A stretch of 64,000 bases of DNA, from positions 561,614-625,613 of the forward strand of contig NW_002060944.1 in assembly GCF_000150275.1 (NCBI RefSeq), given 5' to 3'. Origin of the DNA: Trichoplax adhaerens (Eukaryota; Animalia; Placozoa). The translations under genes were made by a program, and so were the position numbers. A model generated the notes under the pieces. That model was not told where the DNA came from and did not search any database. It saw only the letters and a program-made list of their open reading frames with translations. Below are positions 55,292 through 64,000 of the stretch, one piece after another; position 1 is the stretch's first letter, and each line of letters opens with the position of its first letter.

Positions 55292-58009
55292 ACTAAATTG
55301 CTAAGTTGGCCAAAATACGTTGAACCAGTGCTGGTCAATAATTTTCTTGATACGCGATTCGAACAGCGTTCTCAATTCCAATATCTGTGCCGTTTAGATT
55401 CTGAGTAACTTATCATCAGAAACTATTCCAAATAATAATTGTTTCTATTTGCCTCAATTCCACCCCGAGTATTACTTCAGAGCTTAAAATTGCAATTATT
55501 AGTATTTAAATCATTCAAAAGGTAATTGCGGTATGGCCCATTACCATGTACTAGGCAGCAATTATATCAACTGTATCGTCAGTATATAGCGTTAAATATA
55601 TGTCATGAGATAGTATATTTTACCATCTACAGACTAGATACGCATCTGACAGAACATAGAGTAACTAAACACACATCTCGTAATCTTTGCTATAGCCAAT
55701 TAATAAGTGGAAATTAGACAAATATATTAAGTAAAATAAATAAATGCGCAGCGGACAGCCGGTCAACAACTATTGATTCGTGAAAATATGAGGCAATACC
55801 GGAACCATGTACCTATGAACAGCTGTTGTAAGTCCCTTTAACAGTTTTTTAGTAATTACTGGCCGTAGCAGTAGTTTTTACTTTCAATTACTAATTCTAG
55901 CGAGAATTGCGATTCACTCATAAAGAATAGTTAAGTTATTGCTAGATTATTGTATCCATTATCCTGAGTAGTGAAAAGCTAATTCGAGGTGCAATCTCAA
56001 ATTATTACACCAATCTATCCAATGCGTACTTAAAGAGATAATCTTGCTGTTAATTTAGGTACTATATAGTATTTTGATTAAATTATACTTAAAATTGGGC
56101 TAATATTTGGCAAAGAAGGTAACCTGATCAGGTTAGAGAAACACGGATTGGTCCTAACATAGAGATAAAAGAAAAGAGCAAAACGCTTTTCTTTTACCTC
56201 GATGGATTAGTCAAAGATGATAATGTCAATATCTCTACTGTATATAGACAGTTAGTTTCACCTTGCAAAGCAAAGAAACATAGAATTGAAAAGCAGTGAA
56301 AGAAAAAGACTGCCTTGACTTACACTTTGTGAACATATAGTAGATTTACTACAGAAATTAGTAACACCTCGCCTGTCACATTCGGTTCCTTTCCTCATCT
56401 CCATTCTCATCCTAACAAATTCTCTTAAATTCTCTACCTTGTTATCGTCTATCTTTCTATTTTAAGCAATATTCACAGCAATAATAGGATAATTACAATA
56501 GTTTGCAGTATGTCTGTAGTAATAAGCTCTGTCTTTTCTTTACTGATAAAAAAAATTGTGTACTTAAAAAATAGGGTAATGCCGTCCAGACTATTTAAAA
56601 TACTAATGGCACTGCAAACACATTTCAGTACAACAACAAAATCCGAACGTATATATCAGGAGTAGATTTCAAAACATACCATTTATGAATTATTATATTA
56701 TTCGCAACCTTGCTTTAGAAACATGATAAATAGACTCAAATTAGATTAGAATCAAAACTAACCACTATATTCGTATCTGGATTCTGGAATATATAATTTA
56801 TAATAGGCATTAATGCGTAATCTTTTACTAGATTGCTTTTCACCGTTCCTTTGTATAGTTCAAGGTTGAACTACTTTCCAGGTAAAGTTTATTTCTTTAA
56901 GAATATGCTAGAACCTAGTCAAATATTATACCTTTAATTAATAAGCTATTACTGTCAATGACGTGATCTCTTATTTACTGTGTTATATAAGTATAATAAG
57001 AGTTATATTTCATAAAAGTAATAAGCTATACAAAATACAACATTTATTATGATGCTTTTATAATTTAATCCTCTTATATCCGATGATTGCTCATGACTAA
57101 GATTTCATTTCCCATTGTTATAATCTTAGCGGTCTTGGTGCGACCCAGGAATCCTCAAATAGAAAGAAAGACAGGGATAGAAAGCTACTTTCACTCCAAA
57201 ATAATGAGAAGGCTTACCATTTTTCCGGCCATCCAACTATGATCAGTACAATAATCAGCCTTAACATTATTAGTATCATGAAGGGCAGTTTTCAATCTCT
57301 TTCTTTCATTTTTATGTATAGAAATGCATTGTAAGACTTAGAATTGAAGTTCCCCATAAAGGACATGCCGAGTTTTGTCTATACTGACTTACCAGAACCA
57401 TACTGGTAGCTAAATAGTAGGGTATTCAAGCCTATACTCGGTTATTTTTTCTAGTGCTCTCAGTTACGCTACACAATTGTTCAATTTGAGTTACTGTCTG
57501 GACATTACAAGTCCTGAACCATCAGGCAATAACTTAGGATCTACGTGTACTACGTTATTCCTAGCTCTTGATTACCTTAGGTGTTTTAAGGCAGTAAATA
57601 AAGTATTAGTTTACTGAAGGATGCTAAGTACGTCGGTGAGTTAGTAAAGCATGTAGCTAACTCATAGTCATATATACAAAATCGATCACCTTCGTATTTC
57701 TTTGTTAATAAATCTAGCTTGCTTTTTGAAACTCGCCTAATTAATTTAATTTAATAATAACTCTATAGTAATAGATTCTTTGAGATATTCATGGCGTAAA
57801 AATGAGATGGGAAAGTTAGAAAATAACTTAGATTAATAGTGTTGTCGACATTAATGAAAATGGCGTAAAGCATAGAAAAACGCCATGGAATGGAAATGAA
57901 TGCATGCCAAAATTAGATAGCGGTGAATAACTATGTAATAGACTAGCGAAGAGAGATTATAAATGAGATGATGTAAATACAAAAATACAATACATTTCAC
58001 ATTTTTATT

Positions 58010-58370
58010 TACCTTAGCATTCATGGGAAAACTTAGCTTTTCCTGCTTCTCTTTACTAATGCAAAGTGGTTCTCCTAACATATAGAGCAATGCCGTTATT
58101 ACTGCTGTATAACAAATTTCTGATGAAACCTTTATCCTTAAAATTAAACCTTAGTCATTAATATTGACTACCGGTACCGATAGATGCCTGTAGATAATGC
58201 CGTGGAAACCTTTATTGCAAGTTCATTATAACGGAGCAGTAATAATGCAATAAATTTAAAATAATTTGGTTATTATTCCAAAACAGTATTAATTCAGATT
58301 GACATTTAAATTACGAAAATATAGTAGATTGCAGTACTTCTCTCTTTATAAGCTGAGTGAAAATTGCTCG
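58010..58370 (-). pseudogene. Deletion scar of a lost TRPA copy: 3' flank plus part of intron 26, with no normal coding exons left
   Basis: 58150-58220 matches the 3' flanks at 43595-43660 and 59740-59805; 58250-58370 matches intron 26 (ATTTGGTTATTATTCCAAA...); exon 27 is missing between them. Confidence 0.6.
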
Positions 58371-59840
58371 GCTACTTCTATCTAATCTGTTTTTCACAGC
58401 CAAAGTTTTATTTCTCTATTCTTTTACTTTTAAAATGATATACAGTCTCTACGGGTAACTTAGATTCGACTTTACTAGCTTGAAAAAGTGATTTAAATAG
58501 CCTACTGCGTTTCGGTCAACTCAAATTCCTGTAAGTTATAATTACAAGACATGTAAAGTTACGCTGTAGCATCTGGTAATAGCAAATTACTTTACAATAT
58601 AGACTGCAGTATCAAATACGCCGAGAATAAACTTTAACAGAGGCTAAAATCTGTAGAGAGAATATCACAACTTGATATGCTAAGGATATTAGTGCTATAG
58701 TTCATAAAGTATTTATTTTAGTCGCAAATTTTGCAAACGTTTACATGGCATATAGTGTACCAGCAGAAATGGATAGTCACTCTCCAGTATAGTATTCGTA
58801 TATGATAACATACTCCAATAAAAATTTCCTACAAGATTGTGAATAAGCATTTTCTTAACACCTTATCCTGTATTCATTTAAGTAATCAGACAATAATTCT
58901 TTCCTGTATAGTTCACTCCTTTAGAATCATGCTAAGATATATTCAGATAGCATACTGTATTGTATTCAGAATGTAGGATAGCTCAGGCATATTCTTAAGA
59001 TAGGCGTTTTATATTGCTCTTAAATATCGAAATGTTTAGAGTCTTGTTGCATTATAGCTAAATACTGTATAACTTATTCTGTTTAATACTTACAGTCTTT
59101 GCTATTTCCTACAATAATTTGCTATTACATATTCTTTGATGGTATGTGTTGTATCTAGTCGTACAATCCTTCTCTCGACATGGTGCTACCTCTGAACTCG
59201 TCATTATCACTGATTTCTAACTCAAATTTCGTTAATTGCAATAGGCAGTGTTGAAGATTTTCTCACGTTAATTCATGACAGTTTATTCTGTACACTCTCT
59301 ACCCTAACTACTGCATTATACAAAATCGTATTGTAGACTACAATAAAGTATCTTTTTCTACCAAAACATTTGTGCAATTCTCTACATCGAAAATAAACCT
59401 ACTGTAACTGATTCACCTAATCCTCCATTACAATATTATATCTTTAATTAGTTAGTTACCTACGACATTATCCCCCATTTCCGTATAAATCTAATGCTAT
59501 CCACGTAGAGACCTATTCGATAACTGGATTTAGTTTAGAATTTTTTAATTTAATCGCCTCACAGCCAACGAGATATTATGACATGGTCAAGGACTATACA
59601 CTTTATTCCACTAATAGGTATGACATTCTTGATGAAAAACTTAACGCTTTTTGCTTCTATTTAGTGACATAGAGGCGCTCTCTTAACATATGGGGCAATG
59701 CCTTTCTTACCTATTACGTATTTTGAGTAAAACCTCTGATCTGAATATTGAATACTAGTACTGATAGATACCGGTAAATGATATCGTAAAGACTTCATTA
59801 TAAATACTTATTTAATACGAGTCATGCATAGATTATACTA

Positions 59841-62800
59841 TTATTTAGCAATATCTTTTCCAACAAAATTATTTAATTTCTCTCTCATTTCAGCGTTGAT
59901 TTTCAATAAGTAATCCATTTGATCAGCCAGTCTTTTCAAACTAAAATAAAATAACAACGATAATTCAAATCATTGGTTATTGTTCCAAAATAGAATTAAT
60001 TTAGCTTGAATATTTAACCCGCGAAGATAGACTAGATTGTTATTCTTTACTTAATACGTAAGTTGACTATATACTACCATTAGGATAGAATCTTAAAGAT
60101 TAGATTTTTTGTGTCGTTATTACCTTTTTCCTTGATTAGATACAGTTTCTTGCATTTCCAGTGAATTATTCACTGCGGTACAAGAATCTTCAAAATTGGT
60201 CTCATTTTGGTCGAAATAATTTTGAAACTAAAGAAGATAGAATTTAGAATTTAACCGTATTGGCATTCCTGTTAAATCCTGGCCACAGTGCACGCTATAT
60301 ATATTAGCATATACAAAATTAATGTCGGCGATTAGCACATTCTTCGCAATTGCCGCCCACATTGCAGTTTCTATCTACCTTCTACTAAAACGTTTATGCA
60401 TAATTCTCTGAAGTGGTAACTAATTAAGTCCTCTATTATCAACTTGTCGAACCCTACATTACGATTAACTGGTGCTACAGTAAATTTTATAATGTACTCG
60501 TATCTGGAACTCTTAAATGGCAATTATATTTTTCGATTATTATATAGCTAAATAGTAGGATGAATTGCGATTGCAATGCTTAGTGACAGTAGATTATATC
60601 TTGTAGCGCAAATACTTCTGTCAATAGACATACGAGGGCAATTCATATTGTGCAGTTCGACTTTCCAGGATTAGGCATGCACAGTATATCTTGTAGACAG
60701 ATACTGCTAGGTTAACCCGGTAATTTGTTGTTTCAGTTTATGAGTAAACTGCTGATAATACAAAATTTAGAAACTGCAGGAAAGTACAGCACTTTAACTT
60801 CATAGGGCGCAACAGGATGCTATTATCATTGCTTTAACATTATTTAGCGTAAAGGAAAGGTACCTTTAGTCACTGCTAGATTTATAAGATTTAGAAGGGA
60901 AGGGGTAGCTTCCAAATTTTTGTAAGCTAAGATTCGTTTCTGCGTTACTCGGACTACAAAACCGGCCAATGACAATATTAAACTAGCAGGTTAAATATAT
61001 TGAAAACTATAATTATTTTATAAGGCAGTTTAAACGATATCAAACTATGTACTACAGACTTATACATAGCCTCACAGTAGCTACAAGCAAAAACCAATAC
61101 TGACTCGAGTGAGTAATCCGAGCTGCTGTTTTTTCTCCTTGCTGATGTATAGCTTTTTTCTTAGCACATAAGGCAGTGTATTTTCGACTTGATCAATGAA
61201 TTGAACTTGGATTTTCAGGCGACTAAGAACAGCATTTCTTTCAATTTTATGAATGTCGCCCACGGCTAAACCAACCTACATTGATAACGTAAAATATTCG
61301 CTACAGTATTCAAAATATTTTTTCCTAAACAACTGTATACATTCGGCTTACCATCAAGTTGATTGCTGCAATGGGCATAACCAATGTGAATGTAATAAGA
61401 AAGATCATCGCGAGAATATTGAAAGGAAATGGTGTTGTTCCTTTATAGACAGTCTCAAAGAAGACCTCGATATAGTCTAATTCTCCGAGCATCATGTCGA
61501 AAACTTTAAGGAAAGAATACGGTGCGGTACTAAAATAAGTCTATCATGCAGGTCAAAAGAACGAGTTAATTAATCGCATTAAATCAAAATCACTAGAAGC
61601 TTATTCAGAAAATTGATTTATTTCTCTTAACCAGGATAACTGTATGTTACAATTTACCTCGTGAGCCAGAATAATATGAAAGCTGAGACCAAACGCAATG
61701 ATAAGAAATGCTAGCACAAATCCGACCTACCGATAATTAAATATTAGATTATAAAATAAACCATTTCACTAAATGTAGAGCACATTTCTGTAGAAGTTAT
61801 AGCCTATCCTTAGTAAAAATCAATTTACACTACACTTCTTAGAATCGTTTGTAAATGTACGATCTACATTTAATACGTTACTATACTAACATAAATCAGA
61901 ACTACCAAAAATGAATATATGCAATTTGTATAATTACAATCAATAAAACTATCAAGACTATGAAATAAGCTATATCACTAATGTAGTGAGCATTTCTATA
62001 GAACTTTTAGTCTAAGTCCTTAGTCCTAATCAATTTATACTAACACTACTTAGCATAATTCTATAAATGTATAATCTATACTTGTGTTACGATGCGTAAG
62101 CTCGTCCTAATGAAGATTCCTTTTTAGTTCGTTAGTCGGTTAGATAGTCAACTAGTTTTTCAATTGATATTTAATTGTAAAGACTATAATCTTGGGTGCC
62201 AAGATTCCTTCAGTAATAAATGATAGTAAATCTCTTACTATCTCGTCTACATCATCTGTGACGCTATAATTATACCATAGTATTCGGTCGTTGGAACTGA
62301 ATTATTTGGTGATATAGCTAATCTCGCCTCTTTAAGTTAGTAAGTGGCGTTCTCCGCAAGGATTGGCGTGTGTAGACTACTTTGTCACTAGTGGTGTGTG
62401 ACAACTTGATACTTTTGTTATTCTAACATTAATCCAAACTACCGATAACATGTGTAATTTGCATAGTTACATTTAATGAAATCATCAAGAATATAAAATA
62501 AACCATTTTACTAGTGCAGTGCATGTTTCTATAAACGTTATAGTCTATTCTTAGTACAAAAAAATTCTATTACGCCGTAGCATAAATTATATATGTATTA
62601 TTTGTATTTAATAATGAATTCTACGAAATCTTATTTATATTTTATTTTATTAATACAGTAGAAATACCCAAACATAGAAGTAAACTATCCTTATTACTCT
62701 TTCGCTTCTATAATAATTCTTTTCAGCTATCTTATAATATATTATAAAAACGGTCCTTCAGATTCTAACTGGTTAGTTAGATCTGCTAGTTACTCTTTAG

Positions 62801-64000
62801 GCTCGCTGAATTTACTTCTTCTACTTTGCTTATAATATAGCTATAAAATTGCATCTCATGTTAGTTTCGCTAATTACACGACAAGCTTGCACCCTTTACC
62901 TATTTTATTTTACTATAGTTACTGGACTAGATCTCACTGTTATCAACTCTGCAACCTTATACTGTTTATCTCAAACTCTAGCTCCTAATAAAGACTATTA
63001 TTTCTCTAATTTATCGCCAGTAATTTATTGCTAATACGACATAAGTAAATTCATTTGAAATATCACAATACTGTACTTGATTCATCTGCAGCAGCAATTG
63101 CTCTCGGTCGATGAAGCAGTATCCAGATAATATCGATGCATCATCTATTTAGTAGATTTACCTTAGCAATGGTAAGCAAGACCGATTGAAGCATGGTAAC
63201 ATAGATACCGAAGGTAGGTAATCTAGTTCGATTAAAATATATCGTTAATATTTCAATCTTGATCGTTATTATTATGATAAAAATACTGCAATAGAACTTT
63301 GCTATAATTCTCTAGGAATATGAAGTTATTATAATTTAAAAGGTGGCAAATACGCATAGCTTCACTTACATTCTGATATCAATTAATTATTGAGATTTAG
63401 CAGTTATAATAAAAGTAGATTCTACTTTCTAGTTTGGAATACAAAAAATTGACTGCAAATAATATTAATTTAAAATCAGACAAACACTGCTCAATCCCAT
63501 GCTTATTAAGATGAATCATGACATTTCCAATACACAAGCAATAACTTTAATGTCCTATCCAGATAGTTCAATATGGCCTACCGTTGAAGATAAACTATTA
63601 AATTACACCAGGTTAGGCAGATATTAATGCTACCCATGGCCCATTCAATGGCGGTAGGCTCAAACCCAGGTTTTACGCAAAACACAATAGCAGAAATATA
63701 CATAAATAGTTCAACGTAATTTGTAGAGGACAGGAAGTAGGAGACTCTCTTTCAAATAAGACATAAAAGTTAATCAGGGTCTGCTTTTCAATATCATTTT
63801 ATAGCAGCAGAAAAAATTGGAGATAGGTGTCGGGGATTAAAAAACATCTAAACGCTATCAATTATCACATAATCAGCAATTTTTCTAATTCCGTTTTCTT
63901 TAGCACAAAAGCTTATAGCTAAAATTATAAGTAATAAATTAAGTTTCAAAAATACCAGGCGCAAAATTTGGAGAACTTCTGTCATCAAATTAACCATAGC
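59841..64000 (-). CDS. TRPA1: TRPA1-like channel, copy E: exons 20 (partial) to 27; gene continues off the right edge
   Basis: Exons 63582-63748, 63162-63222, 61658-61726, 61352-61540 (KVFDMMLGELDY), exon 25 VGLAVGDIHKIERNA, last exon ...INAEMREKLNNFVGKDIAK* ending 59841; all in frame. Confidence 0.9.
62085..62403 (+). mobile_element. Solo-LTR-like element (319 bp) in copy E intron 22
   Basis: TGTTAC...GTGACA ends, perfect 5-bp TSD ACTTG (62080-62084 / 62404-62408), same terminal hairpin layout as the other three elements. Confidence 0.75.

Noticed and set aside
1491-61480. Plus-strand ORFs in the track (for example 1491-1679, 11214-11396, 18212-18418, 45752-45973, 51859-52062, 61253-61480)
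   Set aside because: They overlap TRPA exons on the opposite strand and are shadow frames.
1-64000. CRISPR arrays, tRNA/rRNA genes, prokaryotic operons or autonomous transposon ORFs
   Set aside because: No regular repeat-spacer array, recognisable structural RNA or long ORF was seen; the window is spliceosomal-intron eukaryotic DNA.

Overview
AT-rich (roughly 30% GC by eye), intron-dense eukaryotic DNA holding a head-to-tail, minus-strand tandem array of TRPA1-like ankyrin-repeat cation channel genes (27 coding exons, about 17 ankyrin repeats, 6 TM segments, C-terminal coiled coil, about 1,085 aa). Short AT-rich introns suggest a compact early-branching animal genome such as a placozoan (inference only). 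Splicing by hand gives: copy A (exons 1-18, runs off the left edge), an orphan channel-only half copy B' (exons 19-27, two frameshifts), copy B (full length, two frameshifts), intact copies C and D, and copy E (exons 20-27, runs off the right edge). Two further relics at about 43.4-44.4 kb and 58.0-58.4 kb bring the total to at least eight gene units in different states of decay. Four solo-LTR-like elements have 5-bp target-site duplications and hairpins at both ends. The copies keep the TRPA1 S2-S3 Ca2+ site, lack the canonical electrophile-reactive cysteines where that region is present, and differ most in the extracellular S1-S2 loop. An RFX/X-box-like motif is conserved about 490 bp upstream of three start codons, and a fossil copy of exon 25 lies in several 3' flanks.
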